The position numbers were made by a program, and so were the translations under genes. Positions 17,520-27,725 of a stretch of DNA of 64,000 bases are shown here, piece by piece; the first letter of the stretch is position 1, and each line of letters begins with the position of its first letter. The stretch is taken from the NCBI GenBank assembly GCA_009995365.1, contig JAACPR010000003.1, forward strand, positions 405 to 64,404, written 5' to 3'. This DNA is from Candidatus Parcubacteria bacterium (GTDB lineage: Bacteria; Patescibacteriota; Minisyncoccia; Phycocordibacterales; JAACPR01). Under the pieces are notes generated by a model. The model made no database searches, was not told the DNA's origin, and was given only the letters and a program-made list of their open reading frames with translations.

Positions 17520-17819
17520 ATGGATAATAAAACAGAACAAAAAAATACAGAAAACAAAGGAAAAGTTCTAGTTGGAATAGTGACTTCTAACAAGATGGAT
17601 AAAACAGCTGTTGTTAGAGTTGACCAATACAAAAAACATCCAAAATATCAAAAATATGTTTCTTCAAAAAAGAGCTATAAAATACATGATGAAGATAATT
17701 CTTTAAATATTGGTGATAAAGTAGAAATTGTAGAAACAAAACCTATCTCAAAAGACAAAAGATTTAAACTTTCAAATATAATTGAAAAAGCAGTTATAAT
17801 TGACCTTAACGAAGAATAA
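17520..17819 (+). CDS. rpsQ: 30S ribosomal protein S17
   Basis: GIVTSNKMDKTAVVRV is an S17 OB-fold block. Confidence 0.9.
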   Translation: MDNKTEQKNTENKGKVLVGIVTSNKMDKTAVVRVDQYKKHPKYQKYVSSKKSYKIHDEDNSLNIGDKVEIVETKPISKDKRFKLSNIIEKAVIIDLNEE

Positions 17820-17828
17820 AAAAGTAAT

Positions 17829-18200
17829 ATGATTCAACCACAAACATTAGTAACAGTAACAGATAACTCAGGAGCAAAAATTGCTAGAGTATTCAAAGTG
17901 CTTGGAGCTTCAAAGAAAAGATACGCCGAGATCGGTGAAAAGGTTGTTATTGCTATTCAAAAAGCAGAACCTAGAAAACAAGTTAAAAAGAAAGATGTTT
18001 TGCACGCAGTTGTTGTTAGACAAAAGAAACCTTTCCGTAGAAAAGATGGTTCTTATATTAGATTCGATGAGAATTCAGTGGTTATTGTTAACAAAGAAAC
18101 TGGTGAACCTATTGCAAACCGTGTTTTCGGTCCGGTTCCAAGAGAATTAACAGAAAAAGGTTACCAACAAGTAACTTCATTAGCACCAGAAGTAATTTAA
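17829..18200 (+). CDS. rplN: 50S ribosomal protein L14
   Basis: MIQPQT...DNSGAK is the L14 N-terminus. Confidence 0.9.
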   Translation: MIQPQTLVTVTDNSGAKIARVFKVLGASKKRYAEIGEKVVIAIQKAEPRKQVKKKDVLHAVVVRQKKPFRRKDGSYIRFDENSVVIVNKETGEPIANRVFGPVPRELTEKGYQQVTSLAPEVI

Positions 18201-18205
18201 TTATT

Positions 18206-18448
18206 ATGAAAATCAAAAAAGACGACAACATCATAGTTATCACTGGAAAAGATAAAGGTAAGAAAGGAAAAGTTATCAAGGCTATTCCTAGTGAAGACAA
18301 GGTAATCGTAGAAGGTGTTAATATTGTAAAGAGACACAGAAAATCTAACCAAAGAGATAAAAAAGGGGAGATAGTAGAAGTTGCTGCACCTATTCATGTT
18401 TCTAATGTTAAATTAGAAAAAGAAACTAAAAAAGAAGCTAAGAAATAA
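18206..18448 (+). CDS. rplX: 50S ribosomal protein L24
   Basis: [22 protein letters not shown] is a KOW motif. Confidence 0.9.
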   Translation: MKIKKDDNIIVITGKDKGKKGKVIKAIPSEDKVIVEGVNIVKRHRKSNQRDKKGEIVEVAAPIHVSNVKLEKETKKEAKK

Positions 18449-18459
18449 TAAAAATTATT

Positions 18460-18999
18460 ATGTTTAAGACAGTATCACAAAAACAAAAACAGGCATTTGA
18501 ATCATTGAAAGAAAAATTCAATTATAAAAATCCTAATGAAGCACCTAGAATTGAAAAGGTTGTTGTTTCAACTGGTGTGGGTTCAACAACTGACAAACAA
18601 AAATTGAAATTAGTTCCTGAAAAACTAGCTCTAATCACAGGACAAAAACCTCGTGAGATTAAAGCTAAAAAATCAATTGCACAATTCAAAGTGCGAGAAG
18701 GACAACTTTCAGCTTATAAAGTTACACTTCGTGGAGAAAAGGCTCTTGGTTTCTTGGATAAAGTAATAGATATCGCTCTTCCAAGAACTAGAGACTTTAG
18801 AGGTCTATCTGCTGATTCAGTAGATGAAATGGGTAATTATACATTTGGTGTTAAGGAAAATACTATTTTCCCAGAAACATCTGATGAAGAGTTGAGAAAT
18901 GTGTTTGGAATGTCGGTAACAATAGTTGTTTCAAATACAGATTCAAAGGAAGAGACAATTTCTTTCTTGGAATTAATAGGATTGCCTTTTAAAAAATAA
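18460..18999 (+). CDS. rplE: 50S ribosomal protein L5
   Basis: L5 blocks, in operon order. Confidence 0.9.
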   Translation: MFKTVSQKQKQAFESLKEKFNYKNPNEAPRIEKVVVSTGVGSTTDKQKLKLVPEKLALITGQKPREIKAKKSIAQFKVREGQLSAYKVTLRGEKALGFLDKVIDIALPRTRDFRGLSADSVDEMGNYTFGVKENTIFPETSDEELRNVFGMSVTIVVSNTDSKEETISFLELIGLPFKK

Positions 19000-19026
19000 A
19001 TATAGCCCTTTAATTAAAGATTATCG

Positions 19027-19055
19027 TTGACATATGCAAGCCTTATTGCTAGTAT
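19027..19055 (+). promoter_or_regulatory. Putative internal sigma70 promoter (TTGACA, 17-nt spacer, TGCTAGTAT)
   Basis: Same architecture as the promoter at 15279. Confidence 0.4.
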
Positions 19056-19109
19056 ATGGCAACCTTATCTAAAGAGGCTTTTTTATTAAGAAAAAGGCAA
19101 GATTTAAAT

Positions 19110-19304
19110 GTTAAAAATATGGCAAAAAAATCAGTAATCGCAAGATCACAAAAAGAACCAAAATTTAAAAGTCGTGTCGTAAGACGCTGTTTTAAATGTG
19201 GAAGAAAACACGGTTATATGCGTGATTTCGATATGTGTCGTATTTGTTTTAGAGAATTATCTAACAAAGGCGAAATTCCTGGTATTAAAAAATCATCATG
19301 GTAA
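19110..19304 (+). CDS. rpsZ: 30S ribosomal protein S14 type Z (zinc-binding). The track ORF starts at 19056, but the likely start is MAKKS at 19110.
   Basis: [23 protein letters not shown] is a Cys4 zinc ribbon. Length is about 61 aa. Confidence 0.85.
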   Translation, partial: VKNMAKKSVIARSQKEPKFKSRVVRRCFKCGRKHGYMRDFDMCRICFRELSNKGEIPGIKKSSW

Positions 19305-19690
19305 AAGATTCAATTTCAAACTTAATAACATCACTAAAGAATGCTTCAATGGCAGGCAAGGATTCTGTTTCTGTTCCTGCTACAAAAATGATAGTTTCAG
19401 TATTGGATGTTTTGAAAAAGAAAAATTATATTGATAGTTATTCTCTAGAAGGACAAGATCCTAAAAAGGTAGCAAATATTTCAATAAAATATGAAAACGG
19501 AAACCCAGCTATTCATGATGTAAAAAGAGTTTCAAAGTTTTCACAAAGAATTTATAAAAATGTTAAGAATATAAAACCAGTTAAAAATGGTTACGGAATG
19601 CTTATCTTAACAACTCCACAAGGTATTCTAACTGACAAAGAAGCGGTCGATAAAAAAGTCGGTGGAGAAGCATTATTCAAGATTTGGTAA
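19298..19690 (+). CDS. rpsH: 30S ribosomal protein S8
   Basis: S8 blocks, in operon order. Confidence 0.9.
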   Translation: MVKDSISNLITSLKNASMAGKDSVSVPATKMIVSVLDVLKKKNYIDSYSLEGQDPKKVANISIKYENGNPAIHDVKRVSKFSQRIYKNVKNIKPVKNGYGMLILTTPQGILTDKEAVDKKVGGEALFKIW

Positions 19691-19701
19691 TAAAATATAT
19701 A

Positions 19702-20234
19702 TGTCACGCTTAGGTCAAAAACCAATACAAATACCAGAAAAGACTGAATTAAAGATTGAGGGTAATCTTGTTACAGCAAAAGGTCCATTAGGTGAACTAA
19801 AAGTTGAATTAGTTGATGGCTTTGAATTAAAACAAGAAGGTAATGAACTTACTATAAACCCAACAAAGAAAGGTATAGAATTTAATGCGCTTTGGGGAAC
19901 ATATGTTTCTTTGATTAAAAATGCTATCGAGGGTGTAAACCAAGAGTTTGAGAAAAAACTTATTATAGAAGGTGTTGGATATCGTGCAGCGGTCCAAGGT
20001 AATAAATTAGTATTAAATGTTGGTTTCTCTCACCAAGTTGAATTAGAAATATTAGAAGGTCTAAAAGTTGAAGTAGAAAAAGATACTATTTCTGTCAAAG
20101 GAATCGATAAGCAAAAAGTTGGTCACTTTGCTTCTGTGATCAGATCTACAAAGAAACCTGAACCTTACAAAGGAAAAGGAATTAGATATCACGATGAAAT
20201 TATTAGAAGAAAAGAAGGTAAAAAGACAGTATAG
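19702..20234 (+). CDS. rplF: 50S ribosomal protein L6. The track ORF starts at 19662.
   Basis: MSRLGQKPIQIP is the L6 N-terminus. Confidence 0.9.
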
Positions 20235-20247
20235 TAAATAATTTATT

Positions 20248-20592
20248 ATGTTTAAGAAAATGCTAGAAAAAAGAATAAGAAGACATGCTAGAATCAGATC
20301 AAAGGTTTCAGGAACTGCTGTAAAACCAAGATTTTCTGTTAGTAAATCTAACAAGAACTTGATTGCGCAATTGATTGATGATCAAAAAGCAGAAACTCTT
20401 GCTTATGTGTGGACTCAAAAAATGGATGGTAAAAGTCTGAGAGAAAAATCTATCGCAGCTGGAAAAGAAATTGCTAAACTTGCTGAAGCAAAGAAAATAA
20501 AAGAAGTTGCCTTTGACAGAGGAGGATTTATTTATACTGGAAACATAAAAGCTCTTGCGGACGCAGCTCGTGAAGCGGGGCTTAAATTTTAA
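20248..20592 (+). CDS. rplR: 50S ribosomal protein L18
   Basis: L18 blocks, in operon order. Confidence 0.85.
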   Translation: MFKKMLEKRIRRHARIRSKVSGTAVKPRFSVSKSNKNLIAQLIDDQKAETLAYVWTQKMDGKSLREKSIAAGKEIAKLAEAKKIKEVAFDRGGFIYTGNIKALADAAREAGLKF

Positions 20593-20606
20593 TTTGAATA
20601 TTATTT

Positions 20607-21317
20607 ATGACTGATACAAAAGATACAAAAGAAAACAAAGTAGAAGAAACAAAAGTTGAAGAAGTAAAAACAACTGAAGCTGTTTCTGATGAAAAGAAAA
20701 CTCCAAAAGAATCTAACAAGAGAGAATTCACTAAAAACAGAAGACAACCAAGAAGAGGAAGAGGACAAAGAGGTCCAAGATCAGAATTCGAACAAAAAAT
20801 TCTAGATATTAGACGTGTTACTAGAGTTTCAAAGGGAGGTAGAAAATTTACTTTCTCAGTATCTATTGTTGTTGGTAACAAAAGAGGAAAGATTGGTATC
20901 GGAACAGGAAAAGCAGGAGACACTTCATTTGCAATTCAAAAAGCTGTAAAGGATGCAGAAAAGAATGCGATCCAAATCAAGATGACTAAAAATAGCTCAA
21001 TTCCACATGAGGTTTCAGCAAAATACAACAGTGCTAGAGTATTAATTATTCCAGCCAAAGGGCGTGGTGTTATTGCTGGATCTGCTCTTCGTGATATTAT
21101 CGAACTTGGTGGATTGAAAGATATTAATGGCAAGATTATTTCAGGTTCAAAAAACAAACTTAATATTGCCAAAGCAACAATGAAAGCATTCGCTGAAATT
21201 GATAAAACAGTCAAAGAAGACGACAAGAGCTTGAAAGAAATTAGAAAAGAAACAAAGAAAGTCTTCTCAGAAAGAGGTAGAGATTCTAGACGAAATAATT
21301 ACAGTAATAGAAAATAA
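20607..21317 (+). CDS. rpsE: 30S ribosomal protein S5 with a long acidic/basic N-terminal extension
   Basis: An S5 dsRBD and C-terminal domain core. It is followed directly by rplO with no rpmD between them. Confidence 0.9.
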   Translation: MTDTKDTKENKVEETKVEEVKTTEAVSDEKKTPKESNKREFTKNRRQPRRGRGQRGPRSEFEQKILDIRRVTRVSKGGRKFTFSVSIVVGNKRGKIGIGTGKAGDTSFAIQKAVKDAEKNAIQIKMTKNSSIPHEVSAKYNSARVLIIPAKGRGVIAGSALRDIIELGGLKDINGKIISGSKNKLNIAKATMKAFAEIDKTVKEDDKSLKEIRKETKKVFSERGRDSRRNNYSNRK

Positions 21318-21334
21318 TTTTTAATAAAAGTATT

Positions 21335-21775
21335 ATGCAGTATCATCAAGTAAAAAGAAAAACAAAGAGAATAAAAAGCGTCCAAGTAGGTCGTGGTGGA
21401 AAGCGTGGTAAAACTTCTGGTAGAGGACACAAAGGGCAAAAAGCTCGCGCAGGTACTAGAATTCGCCCAGAGTTTCGTGATGTAATTAAATCTGTACCAA
21501 AACTTCGTGGTAGAGGTGTTAATTACAACAAACCAACTAAGGCAAGCGCAAAAACAGTAGCTCTTGGTGATTTGAACGATCTATTCAAAAAAGGTGATAA
21601 AATAACACCAAATGTTCTATTTGAAAAAGGTTTAGTTAGAAAAGTTAGTGGTAAAATGCCAAAAATCAAGATTGTTTTAGTGGGTGAAATTAAAATCCCA
21701 CTTGTATTTAGAAACTGTCTATTTTCAGAAACTGCTAAAAAAGCAGTAATCGAAGCAGGAGGAGAAATTAAATAA
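21335..21775 (+). CDS. rplO: 50S ribosomal protein L15
   Basis: GRGGKRGKTSGRGHKGQKAR. Confidence 0.9.
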   Translation: MQYHQVKRKTKRIKSVQVGRGGKRGKTSGRGHKGQKARAGTRIRPEFRDVIKSVPKLRGRGVNYNKPTKASAKTVALGDLNDLFKKGDKITPNVLFEKGLVRKVSGKMPKIKIVLVGEIKIPLVFRNCLFSETAKKAVIEAGGEIK

Positions 21776-21777
21776 TT

Positions 21778-23052
21778 ATGATAAAGGAATTTTTTGCAAA
21801 AATTAAATTAATCTACAAAGATAAAAATCTTTTTAGAAAGATATTATTCGTTCTGGCGGCTTTGCTAGTATTTAGATTTATGGCAAATATTCCTATTCCA
21901 GGAGTTGACCACGCTGCACTTAGCAATTTTTTAAATAATAACCAATTCTTTGGGCTTATCAACATTTTCTCTGGCGGTGGGCTATCTAGTCTATCTATTG
22001 TGATGCTTGGTGTTGGACCTTATATTACGGCGTCAATTATTATGCAACTTATGACAATGATGTCTGAAAAGCTAAAAGCTCTCTATCATGAAGAGGGTGG
22101 TGCTGGTCGTAAAAAGTTCATGCAATACTCTCGTCTATTAACTGTGCCTTTGGCTACAATCCAAGGTTTCGGTTTCTTACTGTTGCTTCAACAGCAAGGA
22201 GTTCTACCCGGTTTTTCAAGTTTTGAGTTGATAACAAATATAATAATCATTACTGCCGGTTCAGTTCTATTGATGTGGATTGGTGAATTAATTTCAGAAT
22301 TCGGTATTGGTAATGGTGTTTCTTTGATAATCTTCGCTGGTATCGTCGCTAGTCTTCCTGGTTCAATTCAACAAGCTATTTTCACTTATGATCCATCAAT
22401 GATTCCTACATATATTGCATTTGCAGTTATGGGTATAATTATCTTGCTTGGAGTTGTAACAATTACAGAGGCCGAAAGACCTGTCCCTGTAACTTATGCA
22501 AAACAACAGAGAGGAAATTCTTCAACAAAAGGAGTTTCTACATACATTCCACTTCGTCTAAATATGTCAGGTGTTATGCCGATTATTTTCGGTCTTTCTA
22601 TTTTGTTGTTGCCACAAATGTTATTTCAGTTTTTAGGTACAATCGATAATGCGACTATTCAATCAGTCTCAGTTAGTGTTAATGCTTTTCTAGCTAATCA
22701 ACTATATTACGGAATAACTTATTTCCTACTAGTATTCCTGTTTACATATTTCTACACTGCAGTCACTTTTGATCCAGATTCAATGGCTAAAAACCTCCAA
22801 AAGAGTGGTGCTTTCGTTCCAGGTGTTAGACCAGGAGAACCAACCGCAAAACATATCGGGAACATTTTATCTCGTATCACTCTGGTGGGTGCTTTATTCC
22901 TTGGTATTATTGCTGTTTTGCCGGTCATCGTAACAAGCCTTTCAGGTCTCTCTTCACTTACTATCGGTGGAACTGCTCTATTGATTGCCGTTTCTGTTGT
23001 TATTGATTTGATCAAGAAAGTTGATTCTCAGATTTCAATGAGGGAATACTAA
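21778..23052 (+). CDS. secY: Preprotein translocase subunit SecY
   Basis: 10-TM profile with SecY blocks (GIGNGVSLIIFAGI...). Confidence 0.95.
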   Translation: MIKEFFAKIKLIYKDKNLFRKILFVLAALLVFRFMANIPIPGVDHAALSNFLNNNQFFGLINIFSGGGLSSLSIVMLGVGPYITASIIMQLMTMMSEKLKALYHEEGGAGRKKFMQYSRLLTVPLATIQGFGFLLLLQQQGVLPGFSSFELITNIIIITAGSVLLMWIGELISEFGIGNGVSLIIFAGIVASLPGSIQQAIFTYDPSMIPTYIAFAVMGIIILLGVVTITEAERPVPVTYAKQQRGNSSTKGVSTYIPLRLNMSGVMPIIFGLSILLLPQMLFQFLGTIDNATIQSVSVSVNAFLANQLYYGITYFLLVFLFTYFYTAVTFDPDSMAKNLQKSGAFVPGVRPGEPTAKHIGNILSRITLVGALFLGIIAVLPVIVTSLSGLSSLTIGGTALLIAVSVVIDLIKKVDSQISMREY

Positions 23053-23058
23053 GGTCAT

Positions 23059-23175
23059 AAAAACCACACAACCACTATCGAGTTCCTCCGCAGACCTGCG
23101 GTGTCAATGGCTTTACGCCTTGACGCAAGCAGTGTCGAGGACGGGAACGAGAGAGAGGTTGTGTGGTTTTTGTGT
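23059..23175 (+). ncRNA. Terminator-embedded structured RNA element, copy 2
   Basis: Same conserved core as 9873-9992. It has a different but self-complementary outer stem (aaaaaccacacaaccact / gaggttgtgtggtttttg) followed by a T-run. Confidence 0.5.
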
Positions 23176-23223
23176 TTATAGCTTTTCTATCTTCACCAAA
23201 TTCTGATAGAATAATAATAAACC

Positions 23224-23499
23224 ATGGTAAAATTAGAACTTAAAAAAGTCGTACCTTTCATTGTAGTAATTCTGGTTATTATAATACTCACTTTCTATTT
23301 TTTAAATACAAAACAACAAGAACAGCAAAAAAATATTGATTTAATTGTACCAAACGGTGTTATTCCAGATTATATAAATGTTTTTTATACTAATGGTGGT
23401 TTCCACACATCAAATTTAAAGATTAATAAACAAAAGATTGTCTTTAGAAATATGTCTGATTATGCGATTATTCTAAAAGAAGTTTCAGATAATTTTTGA
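23224..23499 (+). CDS. Small membrane-anchored hypothetical protein. An in-frame TGA at 23497 is followed by 42 more sense codons to 23628.
   Basis: N-terminal transmembrane helix. The downstream in-frame continuation EGTRVESGSHFLYEFEGEGSYIIEEQKSGLKLDVSINNIDYE looks coding. Confidence 0.4.
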   Translation: MVKLELKKVVPFIVVILVIIILTFYFLNTKQQEQQKNIDLIVPNGVIPDYINVFYTNGGFHTSNLKINKQKIVFRNMSDYAIILKEVSDNF

Positions 23500-23620
23500 G
23501 AGGGAACTAGAGTAGAATCTGGGAGTCATTTTCTGTATGAATTCGAAGGTGAAGGTAGCTATATCATCGAAGAACAAAAGTCTGGGCTTAAGTTAGATGT
23601 TTCTATAAATAACATAGATT

Positions 23621-26600
23621 ATGAATAAGATTAAAAATAATAGAAAAATAGTTGGTCCGCTGCTACTATTGTTTTTTTTAGTCGGCTCAGTTTTTGGGTA
23701 TCGGGTTGTGTTAGCGGCTATTGATATTGTAGATGAATGGGGAGAAACAATTGTTCGTGATCCAAGATATGTTGGTAGTGACACTGTATATAGTGAAAGT
23801 GCTAGTGCTAATAAAATAAGTGGAGGAGCTTGTAAAATTGATTATAATAGTAGTAGTTCTTGGAGAGATAATCGTGATTTGTCTGGTCGGGCTGAAATTT
23901 TGTCAAGGGAAATTTCTAATAGTGGTTGGGGTTTAGTTTGTGATTCTTCTGGTAGTGATAATGTTTGGGCCGATATACTTGCTTGTGGCAGTTACACGAA
24001 ATCAGGATTTTATTACCAACTTAGTCAAAGACTTCACGTTGACTTAGGTGCAGGATATACAGGTGATGAGGGTATGAGTTTAAGAATTAACCAAAATCAT
24101 GATAGCACTAATAGTGGTAGAGATGTTTTAATCAAATCTGATGAAGATGCTTTTGTTTTTGAACTTGAAAATTACCATTCTAATCCTGATGAAATAAAAA
24201 GAGTAGAGATATATGTTAATGATGTATATTTAAAAACTTTATTTCCTGATCCTGCGACGTCTGTTGGTTTAAAATTGAGTAAAATTGAATTATTAAATAT
24301 AGAGTTATATGATAGTTATAGTGGTTTCGATAGATTGGATGTTAGAATCAATGCTTATGGAGAAAATTCATCTTATTCTATAGCTGAACAAGTGGTAATT
24401 GAACCAAATATTAATTATATACCAGAAGGGATAGATATAACTGTTTATGGTAATTCTTATAAAAAGCAACCATATTCTTTTATTGTAAATTCAATAAATC
24501 AACCTATATATATAAATGATAAGTACATTGATCCAGCAAAAACTCCTATAGAAATTAAGGCATCAGGGGATATCTTGAGAGGAAATGGTTGGTTTGTTAA
24601 ATTTGATGAAAATACAATTTTTGATGATTTTATAGCTGTTGATGGAACTGGAGCTGATTATGATGTTTGGAAGAGTGATGTTTTTTATGATGAAGAAGAA
24701 GATATAAATGGCGGTATATTAAGGGCTCCAAGCGGTGTCACACTTAGTTTAGAATCGGTCAGATTAGATGGTGTCGAAATTGATAGTAGTCGTTATTATT
24801 TAGGTGGTACATATAGTAATAATCTCATGTTAATAAATCAAGATCTAGAATCTGGACCCAGAAGGTTAGAATATGATTACAGCTATGTTTATAACGGGTA
24901 TACATATGAAAGAAATAATACTACGGATTTTCTTATTGTTAAAAATGATTTAAATAAAATTCGTAGTAGTTTTTGGAATGATAATAAATTTTATTTAGAA
25001 ATAGATTTTAAAAACTTTTCAGAAGAAGATGCACCCCTTATTGAGTATGAAACTTCATGGGGTGAATCAGGTTCTTATTTTTGGGGAAAGGAATCTTATA
25101 CTAACGGTGAATATAATCAGGGTATGAGATTTAATGAATTGTTAGATAATTTATTAAATGATTCAACAACAAGGTGGGAGCTTGTTCGTGACGGTGTAGT
25201 CGAAGATCCTAATAAACCATATTATTCCTCTGGGTGGGTTCCTAAATGGGCACCTTCTGATGAAGGAGGGTACGCCATACCGTATGATGGTGATATTGAT
25301 ATAAGAGTAACTTTTTTTGATGGTCAAGTTCTTAACAAAAATGTAAAAATCAGTGATATTGTTAGTGTTTCAAAGATTCAAGATATAGAAGGTGTTGGTA
25401 CTTATTTCAAGATAAAAAATTCAGAAGAATATAGTTTCGTTAATAAATGGAGAGCTTCTCAAGACTCTTCTGATAGTTATTTTAATGTTTCTTCTAGACA
25501 AATTATTAGTAGTACAGATGAAGGTGGTGACTATCATTGGAGTATTGAAAATTCAGTTGGTAATTATAAACTACTTGGTAATAATCAGTATGGAATATTA
25601 GAGCAACCGGATTATCAATTTGATTATTATTCTGATGCCGGAGGTTATGATTCTCTAGGTAGAGACCAATATAAAGTCAATAGAACTAGATTTGATAACC
25701 CAATAGGAAGCTTAAATAGAAGTTATGGTTATAATATTGTAAATATACCTTTTAATGTCCCTTACTATTATTTGCATGATCCATACTCTGATGAGATAAG
25801 AGGTATAAATCCTTCTTGTGTTGATTATACAGATCCAGAACCAATACCACCAGATGATCCACTGGAACCTCCAGTTTATCCACCAACAGAACCACCACCA
25901 CCAAAACCAGAAAATTTTGTTCTAGACGCAGCAGCGATGTCCAATGATGGTTGTTATTACCAAGAAGAACCATATAATGTTGAATTAGTCTGGGGTAATG
26001 TTGATACTGCGTCAGGTTATTCGGTATACATTGATTACGATAACAATGGTTTATTTGAAGATTCAGAAAAAATAGCTGATCCTGCACAAAATTCAACTAC
26101 AACAAATCCTCATAATCTAAAAGAAGCACCCAATTTTGCAGAAGGTAATACTTATACTTATCAAGTAAAAGCTTGGTATGAATTTGACGGTCAGCTCAGA
26201 AGTTATACAGCAGAAGATTCTGTAACAGTTCCTGCTGAATGTGTGGTCTTGGAACCTTTATCATGTGGGACATTAACCGAAACATCAAATAGGCCATCAG
26301 AATCTAATACAAATCTATGTTCTGTCGATGCTAATGTTGTATCTTCAAGTATAGTTGAGACCTATGATAATCTTGGGTGGTCATGGCAGTGTTCACAAGA
26401 TTCTAATACTGTCCCTTGTACTGCCTATTGTCCTTATGAAAAACGCGTATGTGGTGATGTTTGTATATCTGATGATCAACCCTGTGGTAACGAATGTCCA
26501 GATGATAGATGGTTATGTGGTTCCGAGTGTATTCCGTTAAATCAACCTTGTGGTCTTAGCTGTGAAGAACCATATGTGTTAAGTCCGGATGAGACTGAAT

Positions 26601-26944
26601 GTATTATTAGTGACAATAGCGATGTTACCATAAGTGTTTTTAATTCAAACCCAAGACTGATTAATGAAGGTGAAAATTGTAAATTAGATTGGCTTATTAC
26701 AACAGAGAATACTAATTTAATAGATTGTGAAATTACTTCTGATAATAATCAATCTCAATCTTTAGGTCTTACACCAAACACTAGTGGTACTATAGCGAGC
26801 TACAATATTTTTGAAAATGTTAACTCTCAAACAAATTACACTTTGACTTGTAGGGCTTATAATCCAGATACTGGTGCTATGGGTTCTATTATAGACTCAA
26901 AACAAACAAGATGTATGATAAATCCTTATTACATTGAATTTTAA
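23621..26944 (+). CDS. Large (1107 aa) secreted/surface protein with an N-terminal signal anchor, a Pro-rich linker and a C-terminal Cys-rich repeat region
   Basis: MNKIKNNRKIVGPLLLLFFLVGSVFG, DPEPIPPDDPLEPPVYPPTEPPPPKPE, and repeated C..CG..CI..QPCG modules. It is inserted between secY and adk. Confidence 0.5.
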   Translation: MNKIKNNRKIVGPLLLLFFLVGSVFGYRVVLAAIDIVDEWGETIVRDPRYVGSDTVYSESASANKISGGACKIDYNSSSSWRDNRDLSGRAEILSREISNSGWGLVCDSSGSDNVWADILACGSYTKSGFYYQLSQRLHVDLGAGYTGDEGMSLRINQNHDSTNSGRDVLIKSDEDAFVFELENYHSNPDEIKRVEIYVNDVYLKTLFPDPATSVGLKLSKIELLNIELYDSYSGFDRLDVRINAYGENSSYSIAEQVVIEPNINYIPEGIDITVYGNSYKKQPYSFIVNSINQPIYINDKYIDPAKTPIEIKASGDILRGNGWFVKFDENTIFDDFIAVDGTGADYDVWKSDVFYDEEEDINGGILRAPSGVTLSLESVRLDGVEIDSSRYYLGGTYSNNLMLINQDLESGPRRLEYDYSYVYNGYTYERNNTTDFLIVKNDLNKIRSSFWNDNKFYLEIDFKNFSEEDAPLIEYETSWGESGSYFWGKESYTNGEYNQGMRFNELLDNLLNDSTTRWELVRDGVVEDPNKPYYSSGWVPKWAPSDEGGYAIPYDGDIDIRVTFFDGQVLNKNVKISDIVSVSKIQDIEGVGTYFKIKNSEEYSFVNKWRASQDSSDSYFNVSSRQIISSTDEGGDYHWSIENSVGNYKLLGNNQYGILEQPDYQFDYYSDAGGYDSLGRDQYKVNRTRFDNPIGSLNRSYGYNIVNIPFNVPYYYLHDPYSDEIRGINPSCVDYTDPEPIPPDDPLEPPVYPPTEPPPPKPENFVLDAAAMSNDGCYYQEEPYNVELVWGNVDTASGYSVYIDYDNNGLFEDSEKIADPAQNSTTTNPHNLKEAPNFAEGNTYTYQVKAWYEFDGQLRSYTAEDSVTVPAECVVLEPLSCGTLTETSNRPSESNTNLCSVDANVVSSSIVETYDNLGWSWQCSQDSNTVPCTAYCPYEKRVCGDVCISDDQPCGNECPDDRWLCGSECIPLNQPCGLSCEEPYVLSPDETECIISDNSDVTISVFNSNPRLINEGENCKLDWLITTENTNLIDCEITSDNNQSQSLGLTPNTSGTIASYNIFENVNSQTNYTLTCRAYNPDTGAMGSIIDSKQTRCMINPYYIEF

Positions 26945-27110
26945 AAAAATATTTTTCCACAGTATAAAAGCTTATTATAAATTTAAACTGTTATAATAAA
27001 GGACATAAAAGGACATGTTTAAATTTATTAAAACAATTTTATTATTTTCATTTTTAATATTTGTCCTTTTCTCTATCTCTGTTGTTTCAGCTAGTGGCTC
27101 GTTTTAAATT

Positions 27111-27701
27111 ATGAATAACCAAGCATACATTTTTATAGGTAGATCTGCTAGTGGTAAAGGAACGCAGGTCAATAAAATGATTGATTTTTTAAAACAAAAA
27201 GGTGAATCAGACTTTTTTCATTTAGAAGCCGGAAATAGTTTTAGAGATTTTATTTCAGGAGATGGGTATTCAGAAAAAATTGCCAGAGAAATTTCTGAGA
27301 AAGGTGAATTACAACCTGAATTTCTATCTGTATGGGCATGGGGGAATGAAATGGTAACAAAATTTAAAGGGAATAAATTTATTTTTATAGATGGCACACC
27401 CAGAAGAGTGATAGAAGCCAAAATATTAGAGTCAGCACTTGATTTTTACGGTTTAGATAATATTAATGTTATTTATATAAAAACTTCTAGGCAATGTTCA
27501 ATTGACAGAATGAAAGAGCGAAAAAGAGATGACGATGTTAAAGAGGAAAGCATTCAAGAAAGAATGAATTGGTTTGAAAAAGAAGTTTCAGAAGTTATCG
27601 ATTATTATAGGTCTCACAAGAATCATAATTTTATTGAAATAGATGGCGAACAATCAATAGAAAAAGTTCATCAAGATATCATCAATGTGCTAGATTTTTA
27701 G
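27111..27701 (+). CDS. adk: Adenylate kinase-like nucleotide kinase
   Basis: GRSASGKGTQ is a P-loop and IDGTPRRVIEA resembles the LDGFPRT motif. It sits in the expected secY-adk-map position. Confidence 0.65.
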   Translation: MNNQAYIFIGRSASGKGTQVNKMIDFLKQKGESDFFHLEAGNSFRDFISGDGYSEKIAREISEKGELQPEFLSVWAWGNEMVTKFKGNKFIFIDGTPRRVIEAKILESALDFYGLDNINVIYIKTSRQCSIDRMKERKRDDDVKEESIQERMNWFEKEVSEVIDYYRSHKNHNFIEIDGEQSIEKVHQDIINVLDF

Positions 27702-27725
27702 TTATTTTTAAGTTAAATTTAATTA

